Of a stretch of DNA of 64,000 nucleotides, positions 9,908 to 19,709 are shown piece by piece. Source of the stretch: an uncultured Gammaproteobacteria bacterium (GTDB lineage: Bacteria; Patescibacteriota; Patescibacteriia; UBA2591; CAYTBZ01). Location of the stretch: the NCBI GenBank assembly GCA_964436275.1, contig CAYTBZ010000002.1:13660-77659 (forward strand), given 5' to 3'. The notes under the pieces are model-generated. The model did not search any database and was not told the DNA's origin. It worked only from the letters and a program-made list of their open reading frames with translations. A program made the translations under genes and the position numbers. Every line of letters starts with the position of its first letter. Within the stretch, counting starts at the first letter, position 1.

Positions 9908-10750
9908 ATGCCAATAAAATTATATAAACCAATTACCCCAGGAAGAAGGAAAGCAAGTGTAGTAGTAAATCCGGAAATAAGCAAGAAAAGACCAGAAAAG
10001 TCATTGATAACAATAAAGAAAAAAAAGGCGGGAAGAAGTAAGGGGAAAATCACTGTAAGACATCGAGGCGGCGGTGCTAAAAGGTTTATTCGTATTATAG
10101 ACTTTAAGAGGGATAAATTTGATGTTCCAGCAAAAGTAGTTGCTTTAGAATACGACCCCAATCGTACTGCTTATATTGCTTTGCTAGAATATGAAGACAA
10201 GGAAAAAAGGTATATTATTGCTCCTGAGGGATTAAAAGTTGGAGACACTGTTCTTTCTTCAAAGAATAAGATCGAACAAAAAATCGGTAATTGTCTTCCT
10301 TTAGAACATATTTTACCTGGAACAGTTGTTCACAATATAGAACTTCAGCCAGGAAAAGGAGGAGAGATTGTTCGGGCAGCCGGCGCTGGCGCTACTTTAA
10401 TGGTCTGTGAAGGTAAATATGCTCAATTAAAATTACCCTCAGGAGAAATAAGATTAGTTCCTAAGAATTGTTTGGCAACTATTGGACAAGTAAGCAAATC
10501 AGAGCATCGTTTAAGACGTTTAGGTAAAGCAGGTCGCACTCGGCATTTAGGAATTAGGCCATCAGTAAGAGGAAAGGCAATGAGTCCGCGTGACCATCCC
10601 CATGGTGGAGGTGAAGGAGGTTGTCCGATTGGTTTAAAACATCCTAAAACTCCTTGGGGAAAACCTGCTTTAGGTGTAAAGACAAGAAAGAAGAATAAAC
10701 CATCAGATAAATTGATTCTCAAGAGAAGGAAAAAGAAAAAAAGGAAATAA
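9908..10750 (+). CDS. rplB: 50S ribosomal protein L2
   Basis: [14 protein letters not shown]...[12 protein letters not shown]. Confidence 0.95.
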   Translation: MPIKLYKPITPGRRKASVVVNPEISKKRPEKSLITIKKKKAGRSKGKITVRHRGGGAKRFIRIIDFKRDKFDVPAKVVALEYDPNRTAYIALLEYEDKEKRYIIAPEGLKVGDTVLSSKNKIEQKIGNCLPLEHILPGTVVHNIELQPGKGGEIVRAAGAGATLMVCEGKYAQLKLPSGEIRLVPKNCLATIGQVSKSEHRLRRLGKAGRTRHLGIRPSVRGKAMSPRDHPHGGGEGGCPIGLKHPKTPWGKPALGVKTRKKNKPSDKLILKRRKKKKRK

Positions 10751-10765
10751 ATAATAAAAAGAAAT

Positions 10766-11068
10766 ATGGCTAGAAGTTTAAAAAAAGGTCCATACGTTGA
10801 TGAGAAACTTTTAAAAAAGATTTCTCGACTTAAAAGAGGCGATAAGACAGTAATTAAGACTTGGTCGCGTGATTCTACTATTACTCCAGAAATGGTTGGT
10901 TTTACCATTGGTGTTTATAATGGTCGTACCCATATTCCTGTTTTCATTACCGAAGAGATGGTCGGCCACAAATTAGGCGAATTTTCTCCGACAAGGAAGT
11001 TTATTAAACATGGAGGTAAAATGCAAAGAGAGTTAGAAAAGAAAGCAGCAGCTAAAGAAAAGAAATAA
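10766..11068 (+). CDS. rpsS: 30S ribosomal protein S19
   Basis: [12 protein letters not shown]...[25 protein letters not shown]. Confidence 0.95.
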   Translation: MARSLKKGPYVDEKLLKKISRLKRGDKTVIKTWSRDSTITPEMVGFTIGVYNGRTHIPVFITEEMVGHKLGEFSPTRKFIKHGGKMQRELEKKAAAKEKK

Positions 11069-11079
11069 AGTTTAAAATT

Positions 11080-11658
11080 ATGGAAATAAAAGCAAAGGCA
11101 AAATATGTTAGAATTTCTCCACGCAAAGTAAGAGCTGTTTTAGATTTAATTAAGGGTTTAGATGTTGTTGAAGCTAGAAATCAACTGATGTTTGTTAAAA
11201 AAAGAGCGAAGGAGCCTATTTTAAAAGTTCTTGATTCGGCTATTGCTAATGCTGAAACAAATTTTAAAATTAAAAAAGATAATTTATATATAAAAAGGGC
11301 TATTGCTGAAGAAGGACCGACTTTAAAAAGGTTTCAGCCACGCGCTTTTGGTCGAGCAACGCCAATAAGAAAAAGGAGTACCCACATTCTTATCGTTTTG
11401 GAAGAAAAAGTTAAAAAAGAAAAAGAGGAGTTAGGAAAGAAAAAGAGTGAATTGAAGGCAAAAAGTTCTTCTTTACCGAAAGAAAAAGAAATAGAGAAAG
11501 TTAGCTCGCCTGAAGAAATTCCTTCAGAAGATAAGGGTAAAGCAGTTTTTGAAGAGAAAATAAAAGAAAAAGGTCGTTTAGAAGAAGGTTTAAGTAAGAT
11601 GTCCTTAAAAAGAGCAAAAGGATTTGCTAAAAGGATATTTAGAAGGAAATCAACTTAA
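11080..11658 (+). CDS. rplV: 50S ribosomal protein L22 (with about 80-aa K/E-rich C-terminal extension)
   Basis: KAKYVRISPRKVRAVLDLIKGLDVVEA... L22 core. 192 aa, versus about 110 aa typical. Confidence 0.9.
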   Translation: MEIKAKAKYVRISPRKVRAVLDLIKGLDVVEARNQLMFVKKRAKEPILKVLDSAIANAETNFKIKKDNLYIKRAIAEEGPTLKRFQPRAFGRATPIRKRSTHILIVLEEKVKKEKEELGKKKSELKAKSSSLPKEKEIEKVSSPEEIPSEDKGKAVFEEKIKEKGRLEEGLSKMSLKRAKGFAKRIFRRKST

Positions 11659-11670
11659 TATAAATAAACA

Positions 11671-12345
11671 ATGGGAAGAAAAGTTCATCCAAAAATTTTT
11701 CGAGTAAGCCAGACAACAGATTGGAATTCAAAATGGTTTGCTGATAAGAAGAAGCAGGCATCCTTGCTTAAAGAGGATGTGTTGGTTCGTGATTATTTAC
11801 GTCAAAGATTAGACAAAGTAGGTTTAGATAAAATAATAATAGAAAGGTTTACTGATAAAATAAGGATTACGATTTTTGCTGCTAGACCAGGAATGATTAT
11901 TGGACGAGGAGGCAAAGGAGTTGAGCAACTAAAAAAGGAGATAAAAGAGAAATTTTTTCAAAATAAAGACAATTTTGAATTAAATATTCAAGAGGTAAAA
12001 AACCCTTTTTTGTCAGCAGGGGTAGTTTTGGAAAATATTGTTGCTGATTTAGAAAAAAGAGTTCCTTACCGAAAAGCGATGAAAAGGGCTATTTCTCAGG
12101 TTCAAAAAGCTGGTGCTAAGGGTGTTAAAGTAATTACCTCAGGTCGGCTTGACGGAGTAGAAATTGCTCGGCAGGAAACTCTTTCTTGGGGTAAGGTGCC
12201 TGTAGGAACTCTTCGGGCAGATATTGACTATGCTCAAGGAATTGCTAGAACTATTTATGGAGTAATTGGCGTGAAAGTTTGGATATATCGAGGAGATGTT
12301 TTTAAGGAGAAAAAAGAAAAAGATAATTCCACTACTAATAAGTAA
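11671..12345 (+). CDS. rpsC: 30S ribosomal protein S3
   Basis: [12 protein letters not shown]... followed by a KH domain. Confidence 0.95.
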   Translation: MGRKVHPKIFRVSQTTDWNSKWFADKKKQASLLKEDVLVRDYLRQRLDKVGLDKIIIERFTDKIRITIFAARPGMIIGRGGKGVEQLKKEIKEKFFQNKDNFELNIQEVKNPFLSAGVVLENIVADLEKRVPYRKAMKRAISQVQKAGAKGVKVITSGRLDGVEIARQETLSWGKVPVGTLRADIDYAQGIARTIYGVIGVKVWIYRGDVFKEKKEKDNSTTNK

Positions 12346-12350
12346 AAGTT

Positions 12351-12764
12351 ATGCTTATTCCTAAAAAAGTTAAACATAGAAAGTGGCAGAAAGGAAGAGG
12401 AAGGGGGAAAAGAAAAGCAGTACGGAAGACAAAATTAGATTTTGGTAGTATTGGTTTAAAAAGTTTAAGTTCTGCTTGGCTTAATTCTCGTCAAATTGAG
12501 GCAGCGCGTCGGGCGATTACTCATCATATTCATCGTAAAGGAAAAATATGGATAAGGATTTTTCCGGATAAACCAGTAACAAAAAAAAGTTCAGAAGTGC
12601 CTATGGGTGGAGGTAAAGGAGCAGTTGATCATTATGTAGCTGTAGTTAAACCCGGAATGATGCTATTTGAGGTAGATGGCGTTCCTTTAGAGATAGCAAA
12701 AGAAGCCCTTCGTCTTGCTTCTTATAAACTACCTGTAAAGACAAAAATAGTTATTAAGGAATAA
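12351..12764 (+). CDS. rplP: 50S ribosomal protein L16
   Basis: [11 protein letters not shown]...[21 protein letters not shown]. Confidence 0.95.
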   Translation: MLIPKKVKHRKWQKGRGRGKRKAVRKTKLDFGSIGLKSLSSAWLNSRQIEAARRAITHHIHRKGKIWIRIFPDKPVTKKSSEVPMGGGKGAVDHYVAVVKPGMMLFEVDGVPLEIAKEALRLASYKLPVKTKIVIKE

Positions 12765-12766
12765 AT

Positions 12767-12967
12767 ATGAAAGCCAAGGAGTTAAGAAAAAAATCAAGAA
12801 AGGAATTGCAAGCCCTATTAAACAATCTTCGTAAAGAATTGGCAGAATTAAGATTTAAAATAGCCGCTAAGCAGTTGAAGAATGTTCGGAAATTTAGAGA
12901 AGTAAGAAAAGATATTGCAAGAATTTTAACAATTATTCGAGAAAAAAAAGAAGATAATAAAAAATAA
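12767..12967 (+). CDS. rpmC: 50S ribosomal protein L29
   Basis: [30 protein letters not shown]. Confidence 0.9.
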   Translation: MKAKELRKKSRKELQALLNNLRKELAELRFKIAAKQLKNVRKFREVRKDIARILTIIREKKEDNKK

Positions 12968-12969
12968 TT

Positions 12970-13221
12970 ATGAAAAAAGAAGAGAAAAAAAAGAGGCGTT
13001 TTAAGGGAGTGGTTGTCAGTGATAAAATGGATAAGACCATTGTAGTTAAAGTAGAAAGATTGAAAGCGCATCCGAAATATAAAAAAAGATATAAACAAAG
13101 TAAGAAGTATAAAGTTCATGACGAAAAGAATGAATACAAAGTCGGAGATGAAATTATTTTTGAGGAATGCCGTCCTCTTTCCAAAGAGAAGAGATGGAGA
13201 GCAATTAGAAAGATAAAATAA
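12970..13221 (+). CDS. rpsQ: 30S ribosomal protein S17
   Basis: [40 protein letters not shown]. Confidence 0.92.
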   Translation: MKKEEKKKRRFKGVVVSDKMDKTIVVKVERLKAHPKYKKRYKQSKKYKVHDEKNEYKVGDEIIFEECRPLSKEKRWRAIRKIK

Positions 13222-13239
13222 AATTAATTATAAAAGATA

Positions 13240-13611
13240 ATGATACAACATAGGTCAATTTTAAAAGTTGCTGATAATACGGGTGCTAAAAAGATTATGT
13301 GCATTCGGGTCTTAGGTGGTTATAAAAAAAGATACGCTCGTGTAGGAGATATTATTACGGCAACTGTAAAAGAGGCACAACCGTATGGTATGGTTAAAAA
13401 AGGAGATATTGTTTATGCTGTGATTGTCCGAACCAAAAAAGAAACAAGAAGACCTGACGGTTCTTATTTACGTTTTAGCGATAACGCAGCCGTGATAATT
13501 GATAAAAAAACAAAAGAGCCGAAGGGAACAAGAATTTTTGGTCCAGTTGCTCGAGAATTAAGAGACAAAGGATTTAGTAAAATTATCTCTTTAGCTCCTG
13601 AGGTGTTATAA
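13240..13611 (+). CDS. rplN: 50S ribosomal protein L14
   Basis: [18 protein letters not shown]. Confidence 0.95.
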   Translation: MIQHRSILKVADNTGAKKIMCIRVLGGYKKRYARVGDIITATVKEAQPYGMVKKGDIVYAVIVRTKKETRRPDGSYLRFSDNAAVIIDKKTKEPKGTRIFGPVARELRDKGFSKIISLAPEVL

Positions 13612-13615
13612 AATT

Positions 13616-13948
13616 ATGAAAATAAAAAAAGGAGATTTAGTAAAAATTTTAAAAGGTAAAGACCGCGGAAAGAAAGGGAAGGTTTTAGAAGTTTTTCCTA
13701 AAGAGAGAAAAGTTATTGTTGAGGGGATAAACCTTTTAGTTAAACATGTAAAGCCGAGAAGAGAAAGAGAAAAGGGACAAAGAATTCAGTTTCCTGCACC
13801 AATGGATGTTTCTAAAGTTATGCTGATTTGTCCTCGTTGCAATAAGCCGACTAGAGTAGGTTATAAAATTATTTATCAACAGATAGAGGGTAAGAAAAAA
13901 AGAAAGAAAGTCCGTTTATGTAAAAAATGTAAAGAAATAATTGACTAA
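13616..13948 (+). CDS. rplX: 50S ribosomal protein L24 with C-terminal CxxC...CxxC zinc-ribbon-like motif
   Basis: KOW domain (GDLVKILKGKDRGKKGKV) followed by ICPRCNKPTRVGYK...RLCKKCKE. Confidence 0.9.
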   Translation: MKIKKGDLVKILKGKDRGKKGKVLEVFPKERKVIVEGINLLVKHVKPRREREKGQRIQFPAPMDVSKVMLICPRCNKPTRVGYKIIYQQIEGKKKRKKVRLCKKCKEIID

Positions 13949-14495
13949 AAATATGAATGAATTAATTAAAAAATATAAAGAAGTAGTTGTTCCTCAGATG
14001 AAGGAGAAATTTGGTTATAAAAATGATTTGGCTGTACCAAGAATAGAAAAGGTTACTCTAAATGTCGGGATTAGTTCCAGTAATAAGGATACGCAATTTA
14101 TTAAGGCAATAGAGGAAAGTCTGACAAGTATTACTGGACAAAGACCAGTGAAGACATTAGCCAAAAAATCAATTTCTAGTTTCAAAATTAGACAAGGAAT
14201 GGTTGTTGGCTATAAAGTTACCCTGAGAGGGAAAAAGATGTATGATTTTATTTATAAATTAATTAACATTGCCTTGCCACGGGTAAGAGATTTTTGGGGA
14301 ATTTCTTTAAAAAGCGTAGATAAGCAAGGAAACCTTACTTTAGGATTTAAGGAAAATATTGTCTTTCCTGAAATTAATCCTTCAAAAGTAGAGAAATTTC
14401 ATGGCTTAGAGGTTACCATTACTACTTCTGCTAAAACAAGGGAAGAAGGCCTTACTCTTTTGAAACTTTTAGGATTTCCTTTTAAAGAAAAATAA
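13941..14495 (+). CDS. rplE: 50S ribosomal protein L5
   Basis: L5 family. Overlaps rplX by 8 nt. Confidence 0.92.
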   Translation: MTKNMNELIKKYKEVVVPQMKEKFGYKNDLAVPRIEKVTLNVGISSSNKDTQFIKAIEESLTSITGQRPVKTLAKKSISSFKIRQGMVVGYKVTLRGKKMYDFIYKLINIALPRVRDFWGISLKSVDKQGNLTLGFKENIVFPEINPSKVEKFHGLEVTITTSAKTREEGLTLLKLLGFPFKEK

Positions 14496-14505
14496 ATTTA
14501 ATTTT

Positions 14506-14691
14506 ATGGCAAGAAAAGCATTAATAGTAAAAGCAAAAAAGAAACCAAAATATTCTACTCGAGTAGTTCGTCGTTGCTGGCGTTGCGGTCGCTCGCGAGG
14601 TTATATTAGAGAATATGGTTTATGTCGGATATGTTTTCGGGAATTAGCCAATCGGGGAGAGATTCCGGGCATTAAAAAAGCTTCGTGGTAA
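14506..14691 (+). CDS. rpsN: 30S ribosomal protein S14 type Z (zinc-binding)
   Basis: 61 aa. [20 protein letters not shown]. Confidence 0.93.
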   Translation: MARKALIVKAKKKPKYSTRVVRRCWRCGRSRGYIREYGLCRICFRELANRGEIPGIKKASW

Positions 14692-14722
14692 ATTTTATTA
14701 AATAAATTAATAGATTTTTTCT

Positions 14723-15118
14723 ATGACAATAACAGACCCAATAGCCGATATGTTAACTAGAATAAGAAATGCCTTAGCTGTGCATAAGGAAGAAGTAGTT
14801 ATTCCTTATTCCCGCATAAAGTTAGAAATAGCAAAGATTTTAGAAGAAAATAATTATGTAAAGGAAGTAAGAGTAATGGATAATTACTTTAAAGAAATTT
14901 TGATTAGGTTAAAATATGAGAAGGATGGTCAGCCAGCTATTCGGTCTTTAAAGAGAATTAGTAAGCCAGGATGTCGTATTTATGTTAAAAAGGATAATCT
15001 GCCAAGAGTATTAAATGATAAAGGTATTGCTATTATCTCTACTTCTCAAGGAATAATGACCAATAGAGAAGCGAAAAGAAGAGGAATAGGAGGGGAAGTT
15101 TTATGTGAAATTTATTAA
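14723..15118 (+). CDS. rpsH: 30S ribosomal protein S8
   Basis: MTITDPIADMLTRIRNA. Confidence 0.95.
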   Translation: MTITDPIADMLTRIRNALAVHKEEVVIPYSRIKLEIAKILEENNYVKEVRVMDNYFKEILIRLKYEKDGQPAIRSLKRISKPGCRIYVKKDNLPRVLNDKGIAIISTSQGIMTNREAKRRGIGGEVLCEIY

Positions 15119-15122
15119 AATT

Positions 15123-15674
15123 ATGTCACGAATAGGCAAACAACCCATTATTTTACCAGAAGGTGTGGAAGCGGAGTTAAAGGAAGATACTTTAATAATT
15201 AAAGGTCCAAAAGGTGTTTTAGAGAGAAAACTCCTTCCTGAAGTTAAAGTTAAACAAAAGGACAATGTTTTAACTGTTGAGGTTGATAATCCAAAAGACA
15301 GAAAACAACGGGCTTTATGGGGACTTTTTCAAAGATTAATTAGTAATATGGTCAAAGGTGTGGTTTCTGGTTATGAAAAAAAGTTAGAATTAGTTGGTAT
15401 TGGTTATGGAGCAAAACTTCAAGGGAAGAAGTTAATTTTAAAAGTTGGCTTTTCTCATCCAGTGGAATTTGAAATTCCTCAGGGTATTGAAGTAAAGGTA
15501 GAAAAAAATATTATTACTCTTCAGGGTATAGACAAACAATTAGTAGGAGAAACTGCTGCCCAAATAAGAAGAATTCGGCCACCCGAACCCTATAAAGGAA
15601 AGGGAATTAAATATGTAGATGAAGTTATCAGAAGAAAAGCAGGTAAAAAGGCAGCTACTACTGGAGCCAAATAA
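15123..15674 (+). CDS. rplF: 50S ribosomal protein L6
   Basis: [15 protein letters not shown]. The ORF-track start at 15105 overlaps rpsH, so the internal ATG was chosen. Confidence 0.93.
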   Translation: MSRIGKQPIILPEGVEAELKEDTLIIKGPKGVLERKLLPEVKVKQKDNVLTVEVDNPKDRKQRALWGLFQRLISNMVKGVVSGYEKKLELVGIGYGAKLQGKKLILKVGFSHPVEFEIPQGIEVKVEKNIITLQGIDKQLVGETAAQIRRIRPPEPYKGKGIKYVDEVIRRKAGKKAATTGAK

Positions 15675-15691
15675 AATATAAAAATAACTTT

Positions 15692-16087
15692 ATGGGGAAA
15701 ATAAAAGCAAAATTAAAAAAAGAAGCAAGAGAAAGAAGACATCGGCGAGTAAGAGCAAAGATAAAGGGAACAGCGGAAAGACCTCGGCTTTCTGTTTTCC
15801 GTAGTTTAAAACATATTTATGCCCAATTAATTGATGATACTCAAGGCAATACTTTAGTGGCTGCTAATGATTTAGAAATAAAGAAGATTTCCCAAAAGAT
15901 AGAGAAAGGCGATTTAGATAAATTTTCAACAAAAGTTAGAAAGGCCTACTTAGTAGGACAATTATTGGCTGAAAAAGCAATAAAGAAGGGGATTAAAAAA
16001 GTCGTTTTTGACCGAGGAGGTTATAAATATCACGGAAGAGTGAAGGCCTTAGCCGAAGGGGCAAGAAAAGGAGGTTTAAAATTTTAA
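15692..16087 (+). CDS. rplR: 50S ribosomal protein L18
   Basis: [20 protein letters not shown]. Confidence 0.93.
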   Translation: MGKIKAKLKKEARERRHRRVRAKIKGTAERPRLSVFRSLKHIYAQLIDDTQGNTLVAANDLEIKKISQKIEKGDLDKFSTKVRKAYLVGQLLAEKAIKKGIKKVVFDRGGYKYHGRVKALAEGARKGGLKF

Positions 16088-16098
16088 TTTTTTAAAAT

Positions 16099-16572
16099 AT
16101 GAATGGTTCAGAAGAAAAAATTCAAAGATCAATAGACAAAAAAGAAGAATTAGAACAAAGAGTGGTAGAGATTAGAAGAGTTACGAGGGTAACTGCCGGA
16201 GGGAAACAACTTTCTTTTCGTGCTTGTGTAGTCATTGGTGATAAAAAAGGCAAAGTTGGAATGGGGGTAGCCAAAGGAGCGGATGTGGCTATAGCCATAG
16301 AAAAAGCAGTAAGAAAAGCAAAAAAGAATTTAGTTGAAGTTCCTTTAATTAAAGGAACAATACCCCATCAAATTACAGAGAAGTTTAAGGCTTCCAAAGT
16401 TCTCTTAAAACCAGCGCCTAAAGGTAAAGGGATTATTGCTGGCGGACCAGTTAGGGTTGTTTTAGAATTAGCCGGATTTGAAGATGTAGTGAGTAAGATG
16501 CTTGGTTCGAATAATAAGATAAATAATATTATTGCCACTATCAACGCTTTAAAAAAGATGAAGATAAAATAA
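16099..16572 (+). CDS. rpsE: 30S ribosomal protein S5
   Basis: RVTRVTAGGKQLSFRACVVIGDKKGKVGMGVAKGADVAIAIEKA. Confidence 0.95.
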   Translation: MNGSEEKIQRSIDKKEELEQRVVEIRRVTRVTAGGKQLSFRACVVIGDKKGKVGMGVAKGADVAIAIEKAVRKAKKNLVEVPLIKGTIPHQITEKFKASKVLLKPAPKGKGIIAGGPVRVVLELAGFEDVVSKMLGSNNKINNIIATINALKKMKIK

Positions 16573-16576
16573 AAAT

Positions 16577-17020
16577 ATGCCTTTAACCTTATCCAATTTA
16601 AAACCAAAGAAAGGGTCAAAAAAAGGGAAGAAGAGAGTAGGTCGTGGAGGAAAACGAGGAACCTATTCTGGCCGTGGTCAGAAGGGTCAGCGGGCACGTT
16701 CTGGAGGAAAGAAGGGATTAAAATTAAAAGGATTTAAAAGTTTGATGCATAACATTCCAAAACTACGCGGTTTTAAGAGCAGAAAGAAAAAAATGGCTGT
16801 GATTAATCTTGAAGATTTAGAGAAGAAATTTAACCAAGGCGAAACTGTTGACCTACAAAAGCTAAAAGAGATAGGATTAATAAAGAAGAGTGAAAAAAGA
16901 GTGAAAATTTTAGCCAAAGGAAAATTGACTAAGAAGTTAACAGTAAAAGCCCATGCTTTTTCTAAATCAGCTGAAGAAGAAATAAAAAAAGCAGGGGGAG
17001 AGGTGATTAAAATAGAATAA
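16577..17020 (+). CDS. rplO: 50S ribosomal protein L15
   Basis: MPLTLSNLKPKKGSKKGKKRVGRGGKRGTYSGRGQKG. It follows rpsE with a 4-nt gap, so no rpmD is present. Confidence 0.93.
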   Translation: MPLTLSNLKPKKGSKKGKKRVGRGGKRGTYSGRGQKGQRARSGGKKGLKLKGFKSLMHNIPKLRGFKSRKKKMAVINLEDLEKKFNQGETVDLQKLKEIGLIKKSEKRVKILAKGKLTKKLTVKAHAFSKSAEEEIKKAGGEVIKIE

Positions 17021-17021
17021 G

Positions 17022-18296
17022 ATGTTAGAAAAATTAATCCAAATTTTAAAAATAAAGGAGTTAAGAAAGAAAATTTTCTTTGTTTTGGCTATGTTGCTTG
17101 TCTTTCGTTTTGCTGCTCATATCCCTGTACCCGGCGTTGACTTAAAAGCCCTTAAAGATTTTTTTAATTCTACCCAAGTTTTAGGTCTCTTAAACATACT
17201 TTCTGGCGGAGCAATGAGGAATTTTTCTATTGTTGCTTTGGGAGTTGCTCCTTATATTACTTCTTCTATTATTTTTCAACTTCTGGTTATGGTTGTTCCT
17301 AAGTTAGAAGAACTTTCTAAAGAAGGAGAAAGAGGTTATCAAATAATCAATCATTATACAAGAATTTTAACTGTTCCTTTAGCCGCTTTACAAGCTTATG
17401 GAATGATTGTGTTATTACAACGTTCAGGAAGAGGAATTATTGGAGAAATGAATTTTAGTCAAATAATTACTACAATTATAGTGATGACAGCAGGAACAAT
17501 GTTTCTGGTTTGGATAGGTGAATTAATTTCTGAGAAAAAGATTGGTAATGGAATTTCTTTAATAATTTTTGCTGGAATTGTCTCACGAATTCCGGGTATG
17601 ATCCAACAAACTCTGGTTACTTTAAACCCCAGTCAATTAACCAATATTATTGTTTTTATTGCTTTAATTCTGATTACTGTAGCTGGAATTGTTTTTATTA
17701 CTGAAGCCCAAAGGAACATTCCTGTCTCTTATGCTCGGCGGGTAAGAGGGATAAAAATTTACGGAGGAACAGATACCTATTTACCTTTAAGAGTAAATCA
17801 AGCCGGAATGATTCCGATTATTTTTGCTATTTCTGTGGTTTTGTTTCCACCTTTAATCGCTCGTTTTTTTCTTACAGCCAGGGCTTCTTGGTTAGTCGCC
17901 GCTGCTCAATTTGTTATCAATGTTTTTCAAAATAAAATAGTTTACGATTTTCTCTATTTTGCTTTTGTTATTATCTTTACTTATTTTTACACTTCAATCA
18001 TCTTTCATCCTCAGCAAATTGCCGAAAGTTTGCAAAAGCAAGGAGGGTTTATTCCAGGAATTAGACCGGGGCGTCAAACCGCCGAGTATCTAAAAAAAGT
18101 AAGTAATCGAATTATGTTAGCTGGTGCTTTGTTTTTGGGAACAGTTGCTGTTTTTCCAATTATTGTTCAAGGCGCTTTAGGTGTAACTAGTTTTGCTATT
18201 AGCGGTGCAAGTATGATTATTGTTGTTTCTGTGGTGATTGAAACTGTAAGGCAAATCAATGCTCAATTAACCATGAGAGAATACGAGGAAATATAA
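17022..18296 (+). CDS. secY: Preprotein translocase subunit SecY
   Basis: 424-aa polytopic membrane protein in the canonical position after rplO. Confidence 0.95.
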   Translation: MLEKLIQILKIKELRKKIFFVLAMLLVFRFAAHIPVPGVDLKALKDFFNSTQVLGLLNILSGGAMRNFSIVALGVAPYITSSIIFQLLVMVVPKLEELSKEGERGYQIINHYTRILTVPLAALQAYGMIVLLQRSGRGIIGEMNFSQIITTIIVMTAGTMFLVWIGELISEKKIGNGISLIIFAGIVSRIPGMIQQTLVTLNPSQLTNIIVFIALILITVAGIVFITEAQRNIPVSYARRVRGIKIYGGTDTYLPLRVNQAGMIPIIFAISVVLFPPLIARFFLTARASWLVAAAQFVINVFQNKIVYDFLYFAFVIIFTYFYTSIIFHPQQIAESLQKQGGFIPGIRPGRQTAEYLKKVSNRIMLAGALFLGTVAVFPIIVQGALGVTSFAISGASMIIVVSVVIETVRQINAQLTMREYEEI

Positions 18297-18329
18297 ACTG
18301 TTCCTAATGGTCTTTAGTTTTTTATTATA

Positions 18330-18350
18330 AAGCCCTTCTGGGCTTTTTTA
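18330..18350 (+). terminator. Rho-independent terminator after secY (AAGCCC-ttct-GGGCTT followed by T6)
   Basis: Stem, loop and U-run located 34 nt past the secY stop. Confidence 0.65.
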
Positions 18351-18366
18351 CTTTTAGAATAATTGA

Positions 18367-18375
18367 TGATAAAAT
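18367..18375 (+). promoter_or_regulatory. Extended -10 promoter TGATAAAAT placed 6 nt before the adk ATG (leaderless transcript predicted)
   Basis: TGnTAAAAT at 18367-18375, 6 nt, then the ATG at 18382. No SD sequence. Confidence 0.5.
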
Positions 18376-18381
18376 AAAAAA

Positions 18382-19044
18382 ATGAGTAAAAATAGTAAAA
18401 AATTAAGAATTGTCTTGCTTGGAGCCCCGAGTTCTGGCAAGGGTACTCAAGCCGAACTTCTCTCTCAAAAACTTGGTTTGAAACATTTAGCCAGTGGCGA
18501 TATTTTTCGTCAAGAAGTGAAAAAGAAAAGTGAATTAGGGAAAGCAATAGAAGATTATTTAAAAAAAGGTAAGTTAGTCCCTGATGAATTAGTTAATAAA
18601 GTAATAATTTCAAAAATTAGAAAGACAAAGAAGGGGATAATTTTGGATGGCTATCCGCGGGATTTAACTCAAGCAAAATTTTTAGAAAAAAATTTTCCCA
18701 CTGATTTAGTTTTGGAAATAAAAATTTCAAATAAAGAGGCGCTAAAGAGAATTACTGGCCGACGAGTTTGTTCTTATTGCGGAGCAGTTTATCATTTAAA
18801 ATATAAACCACCGAAAAAGAAAGGAATTTGCGATATTTGTGGTCATAAATTAGTCCAGAGAGACGATGATAGAAGGGAAATAGCAGAAAAAAGATTGAAA
18901 CTCTATCATCAGACAATAAAGCCAATAACTAAATTTTATAAGAGAGAAGATAAACTTTTTATCATTAATGGAGAGCAATCTATTAAAAAAGTTTTTCAAG
19001 ATATTTTAAAGATTGTCTTGAGAAAGAAAGATGAAAAGAAATAA
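18382..19044 (+). CDS. adk: Adenylate kinase (Zn-lid type)
   Basis: P-loop GAPSSGKGTQ, ILDGYPRD, and a lid CSYCG...CDICG. Confidence 0.9.
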   Translation: MSKNSKKLRIVLLGAPSSGKGTQAELLSQKLGLKHLASGDIFRQEVKKKSELGKAIEDYLKKGKLVPDELVNKVIISKIRKTKKGIILDGYPRDLTQAKFLEKNFPTDLVLEIKISNKEALKRITGRRVCSYCGAVYHLKYKPPKKKGICDICGHKLVQRDDDRREIAEKRLKLYHQTIKPITKFYKREDKLFIINGEQSIKKVFQDILKIVLRKKDEKK

Positions 19045-19699
19045 TTTTAACATTATTCTAATTGGACCACCCGGAGCGGGTAAGGGTACTCAAGCTAATC
19101 TTTTGAAGGACAAATATAATTTAGAGCATCTTGAACCGGGAGATATGTTGCGAGAAATCATTCAGCGACAAGGAAGATTAGGAAAAAAAATTTCTCGGAT
19201 AGTTAATCAGGGAAAATTGGTTCCGACTTTTTTAATAATGAATTTAATTAAATTAAGAATTCAATCAATAAGGGAGGATCAAGGTATTATTTTTGACGGA
19301 AGTCCAAGAAGGTTACGGGAGGCAATTTTTTTGGAAAAATTATTAAAAAAATTTTCACGAAAGATTAACTATGTTTTTTATCTAAAAGTAAGCGAAGAGG
19401 AAAGTATAAAAAGATTATTAAGAAGAAGGACCTGCCAAAAATGCGACCGGACTTTTACTATTGGTAGAGATATTTCTCCAGAAGAGAAATATTGTCCTCT
19501 TTGCGGAGGAAAACTTTACCAGAGAAAAGATGATACTCTGCCAAAAATTAAAAAAAGATGGAAAGTTTATTTAAAAGAAACACTGCCGGTGGTCAAATAC
19601 TTTTCTCAAAAGAAGAAAATTTTTTATCAGATAGATGGAGAGCAATCAATTGAAAAAGTTTTTATTGATATCACTGGTATTATTGAAAAAATTAGTTAA
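19031..19699 (+). CDS. Adenylate kinase paralog (second tandem copy, Zn-lid type)
   Basis: GPPGAGKGTQ, GDMLR, and a lid CQKCD...CPLCG. Overlaps the first adk by 14 nt. Confidence 0.85.
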   Translation: MKRNNFNIILIGPPGAGKGTQANLLKDKYNLEHLEPGDMLREIIQRQGRLGKKISRIVNQGKLVPTFLIMNLIKLRIQSIREDQGIIFDGSPRRLREAIFLEKLLKKFSRKINYVFYLKVSEEESIKRLLRRRTCQKCDRTFTIGRDISPEEKYCPLCGGKLYQRKDDTLPKIKKRWKVYLKETLPVVKYFSQKKKIFYQIDGEQSIEKVFIDITGIIEKIS

Positions 19700-19709
19700 T
19701 TGAGGGTTT

